In this document: piece after piece, positions 9,499 through 18,938 of the stretch
How positions within the stretch are numbered: the stretch's first letter is position 1
Layout of the letters: every line of letters begins with the position of its first letter
Source of the DNA: a virus
Taxonomy: Duplodnaviria; Caudoviricetes
DNA length: 64,000 nucleotides
Virus record (IMG/VR): IMGVR_UViG_3300036770_008730
Direction: 5' to 3' (one strand)
Notes under the pieces: generated by a model
The model's input: only the letters and a program-made list of their open reading frames with translations
Told to the model about the DNA's origin: nothing
Database searches by the model: none
Made by a program: the position numbers and the translations under genes

Positions 9499-9780
9499 AT
9501 GAAGTATATCAATTCATATAAAGTATTTGAAAGTCATTATAACAAAGAAGAGTTTATCGATGTTGTTTGTAGAGAACTTTCTAAATATCAAATAACACCA
9601 TTAGAGGTAAAAACCCTATTACAAAAATACGATAATCAAATAACTCAAAGTTTAGAATCTGGAATAAACCCTCAGGATTTTTCTAAACAAATTATTAGTG
9701 ATTTAGAATTAGATAACACCGGAGGTGCTTTATCTGTCAACTTTAATAAACCAAATGTTCCTGAGATAAAATATTTGTAA
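9499..9780 (+). CDS. small tagged hypothetical protein
   Basis: Start moved to MKYINSYKVFES at 9499, just after the upstream stop. Confidence 0.7.
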   Translation: MKYINSYKVFESHYNKEEFIDVVCRELSKYQITPLEVKTLLQKYDNQITQSLESGINPQDFSKQIISDLELDNTGGALSVNFNKPNVPEIKYL

Positions 9781-9785
9781 AAAGA

Positions 9786-9810
9786 AAATCCGTTTTAATC
9801 AAACGGATTT
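9786..9810. terminator. hairpin between convergent genes
   Basis: aaatccgttt / aaacggattt inverted repeat. Confidence 0.7.
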
Positions 9811-10502
9811 ATTGAAATATAATCTTCACAAATTTCATCATCATCGTGATAGTGCCACTCACCATCATCATTGTTAAAATAAATATCTCTACCATCAGAT
9901 CCTCTATAGATAATCTCATCTTCTTCATGTACCAAAGATACTTCTTTGTCAAATCTATCTGTGTAGAGAACACCACAATCATCGCTACCTTCGAGTGAAT
10001 AGGATAATCTAATATCTAAATCAGGAAACTTTTTTTGAAGATTATTTAAGAAATTAGCTGGTGGTGACCAAGCCGTATCAAAATATACATTGAACTCATC
10101 ATCACCTTTGACAAAATCACTAGCATCAATATCCCACTTAGTTCCATAAGTTATGATATTCCAATCATACCAATTATCAGCACCATATTCTTTTTTTAAT
10201 GCTTCACACTTTTCATCAGTATTGTTTTCACACGCAATTAAATTTACTTCAATTTCTGAACCTAACATTTCACTTAAATTAACATCACGTATTTTAGCAG
10301 TATCAGCATTTATCCACTTTTTACCTTTAGCAGAACTAGATGGCGCAATAGTATTTTTTACTTTTTCCGGCATCGGAAATATGTTCGCAAAAGTAAATGT
10401 TATATCACCATTGATGTTTGGTTTAAGAGCAACATCATAAAACTCTTTCATTTTTTCAGGATTTCCTGTGATAGTTAAATTGTTATAAGACCAGTTTGGC
10501 AT
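9795..10502 (-). CDS. DUF1281/YubB ferredoxin-like domain protein
   Basis: MPNWSYNNLTI, NWYDWNIITYGTKWD, FDTAWSPP. Confidence 0.8.
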   Translation of the reverse strand: MPNWSYNNLTITGNPEKMKEFYDVALKPNINGDITFTFANIFPMPEKVKNTIAPSSSAKGKKWINADTAKIRDVNLSEMLGSEIEVNLIACENNTDEKCEALKKEYGADNWYDWNIITYGTKWDIDASDFVKGDDEFNVYFDTAWSPPANFLNNLQKKFPDLDIRLSYSLEGSDDCGVLYTDRFDKEVSLVHEEDEIIYRGSDGRDIYFNNDDGEWHYHDDDEICEDYISINPFD

Positions 10503-10503
10503 A

Positions 10504-11064
10504 TTATTCGTTATTTAAGTTTACAATTACAGAGTCAGACCAATTGGGTTCATAATTGAACACCTTTTCCGAGTATTTATTTATAATAGGTTTTCCGGTG
10601 TTATAGGCACCAAAAGCCACTTTCCAATCACCATATTTGGAGTAAAGTTGTTTGAGAAGTAAAGCAGATATTTTAACATTCAGTTGTATATCCTTTAATA
10701 GTTTTTTATTTTGTATTTTTCTACCTAAAACAATTTTAGCAGTTCCAGGCATTATTTGCATCGGACCCAATGCACCTACTGAAGATTTCACACTAGGATT
10801 ATATTTGAAGTCAAAAGGTCCTTGCCAACCCGATTCAGTGGATGCTATTCCATACATATAATTTATAGGTATGTTAAGTGAGTCACTATAGAAATTACAA
10901 TAGTAATAGACTCTAAGTGATGGTGGTAAGTCTTTGTCAATGTTTTTATGGATTTCCAAATCGTGTTTTTTAGGTTTGACAGTAAGATATGTTAAACTGA
11001 CACCAATCAAAAAACAACTTGACATAAGAATCCAATTGTTTTTAAAGTATTGAATTATTTTCAT
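10504..11064 (-). CDS. lytic transglycosylase (SLT domain) with N-terminal membrane anchor
   Basis: IASTESG (catalytic Glu), GALGPMQIMPGTA, AFGAYNTG; TATATTTG promoter at 11069-11076. Confidence 0.85.
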   Translation of the reverse strand: MKIIQYFKNNWILMSSCFLIGVSLTYLTVKPKKHDLEIHKNIDKDLPPSLRVYYYCNFYSDSLNIPINYMYGIASTESGWQGPFDFKYNPSVKSSVGALGPMQIMPGTAKIVLGRKIQNKKLLKDIQLNVKISALLLKQLYSKYGDWKVAFGAYNTGKPIINKYSEKVFNYEPNWSDSVIVNLNNE

Positions 11065-11123
11065 AAAACAAATATACGAACTATTTTTTAATTTTTAATA
11101 TTTATTTTTTTAATAAATAGATT

Positions 11124-11855
11124 ATGAGAAAAATTAAAAGATATAAGCAGTTTTTTGAAGATTCAACCTCAACAGCTTCTTCAACATCCGGTAGTGGTGA
11201 TATATCAAATCCAACAGTAGGTACAATTCCTGGAATGCCTGGATTACCAGGTAGTGGAGATTTATCTTTTTATCTGAGAAGTAGGAAAAGAAAAAAAGGA
11301 AAAGCTAATCAAGTCACAGATTTAAGAGATTTAGCACCATCAAAGGAGGTTACTCATTTAAAAGAAAGTTTAGATTTCTCTCATAGAATACCGGAATTAA
11401 ATCCTGATATAAAATCAATAGTAAATGAATGTCTATCGGAATTAACTGACCAAGACTTTGAACTAACTATGTTAAAGTACGATAATAATAGAGAATCAGT
11501 TGAAATTGATGAAGATGAATCTGGTGAGTTTATTCAAGAAGAATTAAGAATATCATTACACAAAGTAATTAATATGATATGGACTGGCAATATGAGTTTA
11601 AGAGGTAATTTTAAAGAGAGTATAGAAGAAATAAAAACATATACATTGAGAGGTACAAAAGAACTCAATGATGAAGAGAAAAATCTAATAAATATAGTTG
11701 AGGTAGCTTCATTAAGGTTAAAAGATTTCTTGGAATATCAGAGTGGAGTATTCAACATTTCTTGGATAGTTGCTGGATCAGCAATGCCTTGGAATAGTGA
11801 AAGAACAGTAAATGTAAATGTTGACTTTACACTATTCAATGATTTAAAGATTTAA
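11124..11855 (+). CDS. tagged hypothetical protein
   Basis: MRKIKRYKQFFED start; TAATAAATA at 11111-11119. Confidence 0.7.
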   Translation: MRKIKRYKQFFEDSTSTASSTSGSGDISNPTVGTIPGMPGLPGSGDLSFYLRSRKRKKGKANQVTDLRDLAPSKEVTHLKESLDFSHRIPELNPDIKSIVNECLSELTDQDFELTMLKYDNNRESVEIDEDESGEFIQEELRISLHKVINMIWTGNMSLRGNFKESIEEIKTYTLRGTKELNDEEKNLINIVEVASLRLKDFLEYQSGVFNISWIVAGSAMPWNSERTVNVNVDFTLFNDLKI

Positions 11856-11878
11856 TATATAAAAAAAAGCCATTAACA

Positions 11879-12331
11879 ATGAAAAAAACAACTTTCGCAA
11901 AAGCAAATCTTAACGAATTAAAAAATCCACCAGCTAATCATGTAGCTGTATGGGTCGATTCTAATAATGTTTTTACTACTTTAGATCCTAATGGAAATAG
12001 TATTTCACTAGGTTCTTTAATAAATAAAAACACACAAACTGGAACAACTTATAGTTTATTAGCATCTGATGGTGGTAAAATTGTTGAGATGAACAATGGA
12101 TCCACAAACTCAGTAACTATACCTACAAATGCAACCGTTCCATTTCAAATAGGAACACAAATACTAATTTCTCAATATGGTGCAGGTCAAACGGGCTTCA
12201 CCTGGTCTTCAGGAACAGTAACGGTTAGAAGTGTTGGTAACAAAACGAAGTTAAATGGTCAATATGCAGCAGCAACTCTTTTTAAGAGAGACACTAATGA
12301 ATGGTATATCTTTGGGGATATAACTACATAA
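11879..12331 (+). CDS. putative virion/tail-fibre-associated protein
   Basis: TYSLLASDGGKIVEMNN...VTIPTNATVPFQIGTQILISQYGAGQ module; TTAATATATA at 11852-11861. Confidence 0.6.
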   Translation: MKKTTFAKANLNELKNPPANHVAVWVDSNNVFTTLDPNGNSISLGSLINKNTQTGTTYSLLASDGGKIVEMNNGSTNSVTIPTNATVPFQIGTQILISQYGAGQTGFTWSSGTVTVRSVGNKTKLNGQYAAATLFKRDTNEWYIFGDITT

Positions 12332-12352
12332 AAAGATAGAAATTTAAAATAG

Positions 12353-12395
12353 AAAAGACCGAATTAATTGTGTGAATCAATCAATTCGGTCTTTT
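12353..12395. terminator. bidirectional intrinsic terminator
   Basis: aaaagaccgaatt / aattcggtctttt inverted repeat. Confidence 0.8.
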
Positions 12396-12603
12396 TTAGT
12401 TTCAGAATTCACATTTCATTCACTATCATCATACGCCTTTTATTTCGACAGTATCGGTATGACTTGATACTAATCTACTGCGGGACAAACAGTTTTTTCA
12501 TCCCCCTAACCTCGGCAAAAGTTAGCCTGTTATTTGTTGTAATTGCCGTTACTAACTTATTACAGGATATTTGTTGTTTTGGTTTCGGTATAACTTAAAT
12601 ACC
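12353..12603 (-). ncRNA. candidate structured non-coding RNA (about 250 nt)
   Basis: Lies between a full Bacteroidota promoter and a terminator; no ATG-started ORF of note; several complementary segment pairs. Confidence 0.45.
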
Positions 12604-12609
12604 TTAATA

Positions 12610-12641
12610 CAAAAGTATGGTTTTTTTCTTAATTTGCCAAA
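12610..12641 (-). promoter_or_regulatory. Bacteroidota-type promoter (-33 TTTG, 20-nt spacer, -7 TACTTTTG)
   Basis: Minus strand reads tttggcaaattaagaaaaaaaccatacttttg. Confidence 0.7.
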
Positions 12642-12681
12642 CTTTTTTAATATATAATTCTCAAAAAATAAAAATTAAAGA

Positions 12682-13059
12682 ATGAAAGAAGCATTTGGAC
12701 CACACATCACTATTGACCTCAAAGGTTGCCCTAAGGAAGTTTTATCAAATTATGATTTACACTTTGAATATTTGAAGAAATTGCCTGGATTAATCCAAAT
12801 GACTCCTATAACACAACCTTATGTATTTCCTTACTCTGGTTTAGTTCCATCTGATAAAGGCATCACTGGAATTGTAATAATTGCTGAAAGTCACCTTTCA
12901 ATTCACTCTTTCGAAGAAAAGGGATATTCATTTATTGATATATTTTCTTGTAAAGACTTTGATACAGAAAAGGCAATTCAAATTACATTGGAAATGTTTA
13001 AACCAGAATCTTATGAAATCAACACGGTTAAAAGAGGTTTAGATTTCCCAAGAGACTAA
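12682..13059 (+). CDS. speD: S-adenosylmethionine decarboxylase proenzyme (or related pyruvoyl decarboxylase)
   Basis: FGPHITIDL, GITGIVIIAESHLSIH self-cleavage motif, DIFSC; TTAATATATA at 12647-12656. Confidence 0.9.
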   Translation: MKEAFGPHITIDLKGCPKEVLSNYDLHFEYLKKLPGLIQMTPITQPYVFPYSGLVPSDKGITGIVIIAESHLSIHSFEEKGYSFIDIFSCKDFDTEKAIQITLEMFKPESYEINTVKRGLDFPRD

Positions 13060-13096
13060 TTTTTGAAATTAATATATACAAAAAAGAAATATTTTT

Positions 13097-13960
13097 ATGA
13101 AATATATTGTGAAGTATCATGATTTTGAGTCCGTTAATGAAGAACTTAATTGGTGGCAAAAATTACTATTAGGTGGTGGAATTATTGGATCAATGTTTGC
13201 CCCAAAGGATGTTTCTGGTCAAACAAAAGATGATAGCAAAAGAGTCACAGTACACACTAAAACAAAATCTGATAGAAGTGCTGAAATACTTCAAAAAAGG
13301 GGTTGGTCTTTAGATAGTACTACTATTGATACATTATGGAAAAAAGTTCAAATAGCAAAACCTGATACAGAACTTGTAACAAGTACTTTACAATTTGACG
13401 ATGCTCAGTTTTTTCCATCTGGTAAATTCACACTTACTCAGGAAATGATGGATGGTATCATTGAAGAGTTAAAAAGAATAGATTCTGAAGGTGGCGTTAT
13501 AACAGATGTCATGATTGAGTCTTCAACTGATAAACAAGGACTTAGTCAAAATCTTCAAAGATCATTATCAAATATGGGTTATACTTCAAATAATCAGGGT
13601 TTGTCACAAGCTAGATGTAATGCAATTAAAAGCTATTTAATGAGCTTACAAATAAGTCCCTCAATTATACAAGAAAATCCTCTTTGGGAACAAGGTACTG
13701 CAACAATCGACCAGTCGGCTAGATATGTGTTTGTGAGGTTCGCTTATATAGTTATTGATCAAAATATCACACCAGGTGAATTTGAATACATACCTCAAAT
13801 TAAAAAAACTTACCATCTATCAAAAGAAAGTGAGTATAAGAAAGTTAAAATAAAAAAGAGTTCGTTTAAATGGGGAACTAAAAAAGTTAGAAAACACGGA
13901 CCAATTAAAAATCGTAAACTAAACCTTAAAGGTGTTGAATGTAGAATGCCTGGTGGATAA
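13097..13960 (+). CDS. tagged protein with signal/TM segment and OmpA-like peptidoglycan-binding domain
   Basis: MKYIVKYHDFESVNEE, hydrophobic WWQKLLLGGGIIGSMFA, FFPSGKFTL, IESSTD, NQGLSQARCNAIKSYL. Confidence 0.7.
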   Translation: MKYIVKYHDFESVNEELNWWQKLLLGGGIIGSMFAPKDVSGQTKDDSKRVTVHTKTKSDRSAEILQKRGWSLDSTTIDTLWKKVQIAKPDTELVTSTLQFDDAQFFPSGKFTLTQEMMDGIIEELKRIDSEGGVITDVMIESSTDKQGLSQNLQRSLSNMGYTSNNQGLSQARCNAIKSYLMSLQISPSIIQENPLWEQGTATIDQSARYVFVRFAYIVIDQNITPGEFEYIPQIKKTYHLSKESEYKKVKIKKSSFKWGTKKVRKHGPIKNRKLNLKGVECRMPGG

Positions 13961-14000
13961 TTTACCGATCGATTAAAAACAAATCACCTCAAATAATTTT

Positions 14001-15677
14001 ATGTATATAAGGAGATATAGTAACTTTGTAAAAGTTAAAAGAATAAATGAGTCGATTGCCTTATTTGAAGCAGTTCTAAATATTGATAAAAATATTGTAG
14101 ATGTATTAGACCAAATGGTGTCTGATAAAAATGCTGATGAGAAATATAAAATAATTGCTGGCACCATTAAAAGTGGTATAGGTCAAGATTATAAATCAAA
14201 TCGATATGATCAAGTAAGTTTATCATCTGATAATAAAAATTTTAGTGTAAAATCAGGTAAGCAGACAAACACACAGAGCATATCAAAAGTCATTAGAACA
14301 ACTTTAATGGCTATAAATCCTAATTTCTTCAAAGATAATTCACAAATAAAAGATGATACTATTCAGAAATTTGCAGATTATATAATTGGTAAAATGTCTA
14401 TTTCAGCTCCGTCTGGTGATACTGAAACCAAAATAGTTACAGGTGAAGAAATTAAATTCTGGTATGATAGAAAAAACATGAAGAATAAAACAGGTAGCGA
14501 ATTATCTAAATCTTGTATGGCGTCGAATTATAAATTAAATTTCATGGATTTTTATGTTAAAAATAAAAATATTAGTTTAGTTGTTAAATTAGATGCTGAT
14601 AAAAAACTTATAGGTAGAGCTCTACTTTGGAAACTCGAAAGTTCAAGTGAAGGAAATGAATATTTCTTAGACAGACGTTACTGCAATGAGAATTCAGACG
14701 AAGAGTTTCTTTATAATTGGGTTAAGTCACAACCTGGATATTCTAAAACAGGTAAAAGAGAAAGTAAAGCTTTGAGTTCAAATACATCTGATGAAATGGT
14801 TGTAAAACTAGATGTTGCCATTACTAAGACTTATCCGTATGTTGATACGATGAAATATCTTTATATCAAATATGAGAATGGAAATTTAATCAATGAAGGA
14901 TTTTTATCAAATAAAAAAATGGGAGAAGGTAATAAAAATGAATTTGTGGGAATAGTTGAATATCCTGGTCACAAAATTTTTGTTCTTCAAGATACCGAGG
15001 GATGTAGAAAATCACTGGATCCGGAGGATAGACATCTTAACAGCAAAGGTATAACTAAAATTATAACCGGATTGAATAAACAAATTGATGTGAGTGAATA
15101 CGACAAACCACTAGGTGATGCCAAGTCTGTAATTAACTTACTTAATTTTTTCAAGAAATCAGGTGATTTAGCATCAATGTTTGATATAAAGATTACTGAT
15201 GATGATGTTGAGGATGAGGGTTATGAAAAATTTGATAACTCTACACTTGTAAAACCTGGTCTAAATGTAAAAATGGTAAATAGTTATTCAGGAGATAGAG
15301 ACTCGGTCAAATATATGTGTTTAAGAGCATATGATGTGTCTAAGCTAATGGATGATAGAGAATTTGCTGAAATTGTAGAAAAGATTAGCACGATGTATAT
15401 GCTAGAACATAAAAAATTGATGACGGAAATTGACCTAATTATTCTTGGTAGATTAGATGAGGTTAAGTCGAGTGAAGTTTATTACGTCGGCGCTGATAAT
15501 TTACGATACGAAAAAGATAGTGATTCGGATGATTTAGACACAGACAATTTACCAAAACTAACCTCTGAACAAAAAGAAGAAAGAGCAAATGAATTATTAG
15601 TTAAATTATCTAAGAACGATGAAGCTCTTAAATTAAGACAGGAACTAATAAAGTTAGCACCTATGTTAAGAGGTTAA
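14001..15677 (+). CDS. tagged 'SCM-GRALLW-DRxY' family protein (paralog 2)
   Basis: MYIRRYSNFVKVKRINES; KSCM, GRALLW, LDRRY, YPYVDT. Confidence 0.85.
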   Translation: MYIRRYSNFVKVKRINESIALFEAVLNIDKNIVDVLDQMVSDKNADEKYKIIAGTIKSGIGQDYKSNRYDQVSLSSDNKNFSVKSGKQTNTQSISKVIRTTLMAINPNFFKDNSQIKDDTIQKFADYIIGKMSISAPSGDTETKIVTGEEIKFWYDRKNMKNKTGSELSKSCMASNYKLNFMDFYVKNKNISLVVKLDADKKLIGRALLWKLESSSEGNEYFLDRRYCNENSDEEFLYNWVKSQPGYSKTGKRESKALSSNTSDEMVVKLDVAITKTYPYVDTMKYLYIKYENGNLINEGFLSNKKMGEGNKNEFVGIVEYPGHKIFVLQDTEGCRKSLDPEDRHLNSKGITKIITGLNKQIDVSEYDKPLGDAKSVINLLNFFKKSGDLASMFDIKITDDDVEDEGYEKFDNSTLVKPGLNVKMVNSYSGDRDSVKYMCLRAYDVSKLMDDREFAEIVEKISTMYMLEHKKLMTEIDLIILGRLDEVKSSEVYYVGADNLRYEKDSDSDDLDTDNLPKLTSEQKEERANELLVKLSKNDEALKLRQELIKLAPMLRG

Positions 15678-15685
15678 TTAAAATA

Positions 15686-16213
15686 TTATCTGACAAACAA
15701 CATTGTTCCAACAATTCTGTAGTTAAGAGAAGATTTAATACCAGTAGGATTTGAAAAATACTGACAATTAACACCAGCAAATACAAAGTCCCCAGTTAAT
15801 AATATCTTATTGTGTTTTGGGGAAGATTTCCATCCTTCAATAATTTCGGTAGACATTTTTTCTAAAATTGTGGTATCATCTACTTTATAGTTTTTACTGA
15901 TAGATAAAGCCACTTCAGCAATGTGAAGATATCTTTTTTTAGGAGCATAAAACTCATATCGATTAGTAAAGTCAACTAAAGTATCTTCAGTATGACCACT
16001 GATAGAATTCGGCCAGATATCCAAATTTTTTCTATAAAGATAAGATGTATGATGTTTAGCCGCTTTGAAAGTAGCAGTATCAAACTTAACTTCTTTTAAA
16101 CCTTTTTCAATTCTATACTGATTTACTTTTGTAAAAACCAAACTATCTAATTTAGTTTGAGAAAAACCTAAAATAGATAATAGTAATATGATAATTGTAA
16201 GTATTTTCTTCAT
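15686..16213 (-). CDS. secreted CAP (SCP-like) domain protein
   Basis: Signal peptide then Gln; VNQYRIEKGL, AAKHH, WKSSPKHNKILL; TATATTTG at 16218-16225. Confidence 0.8.
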   Translation of the reverse strand: MKKILTIIILLLSILGFSQTKLDSLVFTKVNQYRIEKGLKEVKFDTATFKAAKHHTSYLYRKNLDIWPNSISGHTEDTLVDFTNRYEFYAPKKRYLHIAEVALSISKNYKVDDTTILEKMSTEIIEGWKSSPKHNKILLTGDFVFAGVNCQYFSNPTGIKSSLNYRIVGTMLFVR

Positions 16214-16247
16214 ACTACAAATATAATAAAAAAATTATAAAAACAAA

Positions 16248-16496
16248 CTATAATTTATCTTTAAATTTCGAGATTTTATCTTGAATACTTTCTGGTGAAA
16301 ATCCAAATATCAATGCCATTAAAAATATAAACAATACTAAAATCAATACGGATAGGGTAAGAGCCACTGGTATCCATAAAGGTGAAGTAACCCACCACCA
16401 AGACCAATCTATATTGTTAGTTAATTTAAGAATTAAAAAGACGATAAAAAGTAAAGTTGGTAAACCGATTCCAGTTGATGTATTTTTAGACTTCAT
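16248..16496 (-). CDS. small membrane protein of a common phage family
   Basis: LLFIVFLILKLTNNIDWSWWWVTSPLW motif. Confidence 0.75.
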   Translation of the reverse strand: MKSKNTSTGIGLPTLLFIVFLILKLTNNIDWSWWWVTSPLWIPVALTLSVLILVLFIFLMALIFGFSPESIQDKISKFKDKL

Positions 16497-16707
16497 TTAG
16501 TTGATATTGTTTCTTTAGAATTACTATTTCAAAAAGACCATAGACATTATTAAATAATTTATCATTATATAAAATGTCAGATTCACTACACTTCAAATCA
16601 GCGCAATAAGCACCGATATAATCAATGAATTTTTTTAATATTTCGTTGGTAGATTCTATACCATTGAAAAAATCGATTGCTAATTGTCTTAAAGTTTGAG
16701 GTTCCAT
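16486..16707 (-). CDS. hypothetical protein
   Basis: 73 aa, overlaps its neighbour. Confidence 0.55.
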   Translation of the reverse strand: MEPQTLRQLAIDFFNGIESTNEILKKFIDYIGAYCADLKCSESDILYNDKLFNNVYGLFEIVILKKQYQLNEV

Positions 16708-16850
16708 GAATTTAACATTAATTTTTTATTAATTATTTATTAAATTTCTATTAAGATTTTGGTCCTAATCCTTTATCACGAATTGCATCTAAGTGTGTAA
16801 ATACAACACTCATGTGAGATTTTAACCTCATAAAAATATTTAGAAAAAAA

Positions 16851-17654
16851 TTATACATTTTGTTTTATTATCAAATTTATATTAAAAAACTTTTTCAAAG
16901 TTTCAACGTGTTCAATTAAATCTTCATCCTCATCGTCAACAAACCAATTTATATCTAAATTTTCTATTTTATCTTTTAAATGTTTTAACATTTCAAAAAG
17001 TGTTTTGTTAGAAGATGAGTTAAAATATTCCAAATCAATATTAAGTGTTAGCTTATCAAAATTAAATTTATCAACCTCTTGTATAACTTGTTTATAAAAG
17101 TGAATAGAATTTTCAGGTATAGACCTACCCTCAATTTCCATTTTAGAAATTTCTTTATTTATAGAAACATGTGGTGTTTTATCCGTCTTTGGGATAAAAA
17201 AGAAATTATTAGACTCATCAGTGAGTTTTATTTTATTAATTCTGTTCTGATGTCTACCACCCTCAAAAGCTGTTTTTAGAAAAATATCCACACAAGATAA
17301 TGCATCACTCTCACTAATGTATCTACCCGGTAAAACTAAAACATTAGCATCATTGTGTAATCTAGCCATCTCAGTGATTTCTTTATTCCAACAAAGAGCT
17401 GAACGAATATCATTCCATTTATTTGCTGCCATATTTATACCATTACCAGACCCACAGATTAAAATACCAATATCTGCCTTTTTTGTTGTTACATCTTTAC
17501 AAACAGCATGCGCAAAATCTGCATAGTCACAACTTTCTTTGGATAAACATCCCTTATCAAAAAAGGGTAAGTTTATTTGATTTAAATATGTTTTAATTTT
17601 CTCTTTAATTTCGTAACCAGCGTGGTCAGATCCTATTGAAATATGATTTATCAT
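16851..17654 (-). CDS. rpiB: ribose-5-phosphate isomerase B fused to a C-terminal SiaC/DUF1987-like domain
   Basis: IGSDHAG, ILICGSGNG, ARLHNDAN, FEGGRH; then TDKTPHV...IEGRSIPEN...LEYFNSSSNK...INWFVDDEDED. Confidence 0.85.
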   Translation of the reverse strand: MINHISIGSDHAGYEIKEKIKTYLNQINLPFFDKGCLSKESCDYADFAHAVCKDVTTKKADIGILICGSGNGINMAANKWNDIRSALCWNKEITEMARLHNDANVLVLPGRYISESDALSCVDIFLKTAFEGGRHQNRINKIKLTDESNNFFFIPKTDKTPHVSINKEISKMEIEGRSIPENSIHFYKQVIQEVDKFNFDKLTLNIDLEYFNSSSNKTLFEMLKHLKDKIENLDINWFVDDEDEDLIEHVETLKKFFNINLIIKQNV

Positions 17655-17674
17655 ACTACATTATATTTTAATTT

Positions 17675-18067
17675 CTACAATAGTTTTAATGAAATAAAAA
17701 AAGACTTTATACTTTGTAATTTTAGACCTTCAAGAAATTCATCATCAGAATGAAACTTTCTATCATAACCACTTGAAGTAAAAGAACTTTCTATGGTGTA
17801 GATATAGTTTATATCAAAATCAAATTCATCTGAAATCATTTTGAATGCTCTATCTATCTCATCAGATATTTCTGACCATAAAAAATTTTTTGAATTGCTA
17901 TAACCATATCTTTCTTGTGTTCTTTCATCTACTGGTTTCCAAATTCTTATTGTTAAGGATTCTTCCTCTTCTCCAAAGTCAACTTTAAATCCAGCATCTA
18001 TAATCCAAGCTAAATAACTTTTCAAGTCATCTTTTAACTGTTGTTTTGATTCATTAATTCTTCTCAT
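17675..18067 (-). CDS. tagged hypothetical protein
   Basis: MRRINES start; coupled to the lysozyme gene. Confidence 0.65.
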   Translation of the reverse strand: MRRINESKQQLKDDLKSYLAWIIDAGFKVDFGEEEESLTIRIWKPVDERTQERYGYSNSKNFLWSEISDEIDRAFKMISDEFDFDINYIYTIESSFTSSGYDRKFHSDDEFLEGLKLQSIKSFFISLKLL

Positions 18068-18873
18068 ATTGAATTTAAAAATAATGCACTTTCTTTTTCT
18101 CTTCTATCTGCTAAACCTGGAAAATCATCTGATAGATTAAATTTTTTTATCTTTTCACCGGCTTTCTTAAAATTACCTTTCTTTAATTCTTGCAAGAATT
18201 GACCCTTTCTAAAGATACCAATACCAGAATTATAAGCTATTGAAACCATGGCATCATACATATCCTGGTTTATCATTGTATTATGATCCTTTTCCTCCCA
18301 TTGATGAAAAACTCTTCTAACGCCATCTTCTGCGGTTTTTAAGTCTTGTCTAAGTAATTCTTCTGCCTCTGCTTCTGTAATCTCATCTCCAATTTTGTAT
18401 TTTGAGACATTTACTGACTCAGCATGTCCATATCCTATAGTAATTTTACCATCACCAATTGAATAAGCTCGTAGTTTTAATTTTTCAGAATCTTTTATGT
18501 GATTAATGCCATTTTGTGAAATAGAAAATTCATATCCCTTTTTAAAGTTTGATTTATTGTCTATTGAAATTGCATCTTTTTTTTCTTGATCTTTAGACTG
18601 TTTTTGTAAAACTTCTATTGCGATTTTTTTTGTATCATCATCTACACTTGATGTATTTACGATATTATAAACAGTTGCGGACGCATTAAAAGTAAGCAAT
18701 GTAGCCATAAGATGTTTAAGAACTCTAACTTTAGCTGACTTAGATAAATTTTGTATTTTTTTAGAAACATTATTCCAAATTGAACCGATACTCATTGATT
18801 CATTTACAGAATAGTTGATATAATCAATTATTTGCTGTTCTAAAAAATATTCATAACTTTTAATCTTTTTCAT
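18064..18873 (-). CDS. GH24 phage lysozyme with N-terminal tag and hydrophobic segment
   Basis: HIKDSEKLKLRAYSIGDGKITIGYGH, YDAMVSIAYNSG, GLADRREKE; MKKIKSYEYFLE start; motif at 18879-18888. Confidence 0.85.
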   Translation of the reverse strand: MKKIKSYEYFLEQQIIDYINYSVNESMSIGSIWNNVSKKIQNLSKSAKVRVLKHLMATLLTFNASATVYNIVNTSSVDDDTKKIAIEVLQKQSKDQEKKDAISIDNKSNFKKGYEFSISQNGINHIKDSEKLKLRAYSIGDGKITIGYGHAESVNVSKYKIGDEITEAEAEELLRQDLKTAEDGVRRVFHQWEEKDHNTMINQDMYDAMVSIAYNSGIGIFRKGQFLQELKKGNFKKAGEKIKKFNLSDDFPGLADRREKESALFLNSI

Positions 18874-18938
18874 CAGAGTATATATTAATTATAAATATTA
18901 AGCTCTAAACTCCTTAAATTATTTAATGTATAATCTAT

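Noticed and set aside
12400-12600. tmRNA or SAM riboswitch for speD
   Set aside because: No tRNA-like ends or Ala-Ala-ending tag; the unit is transcribed away from speD. The plus-strand ORF 12368-12598 looks like a shadow.
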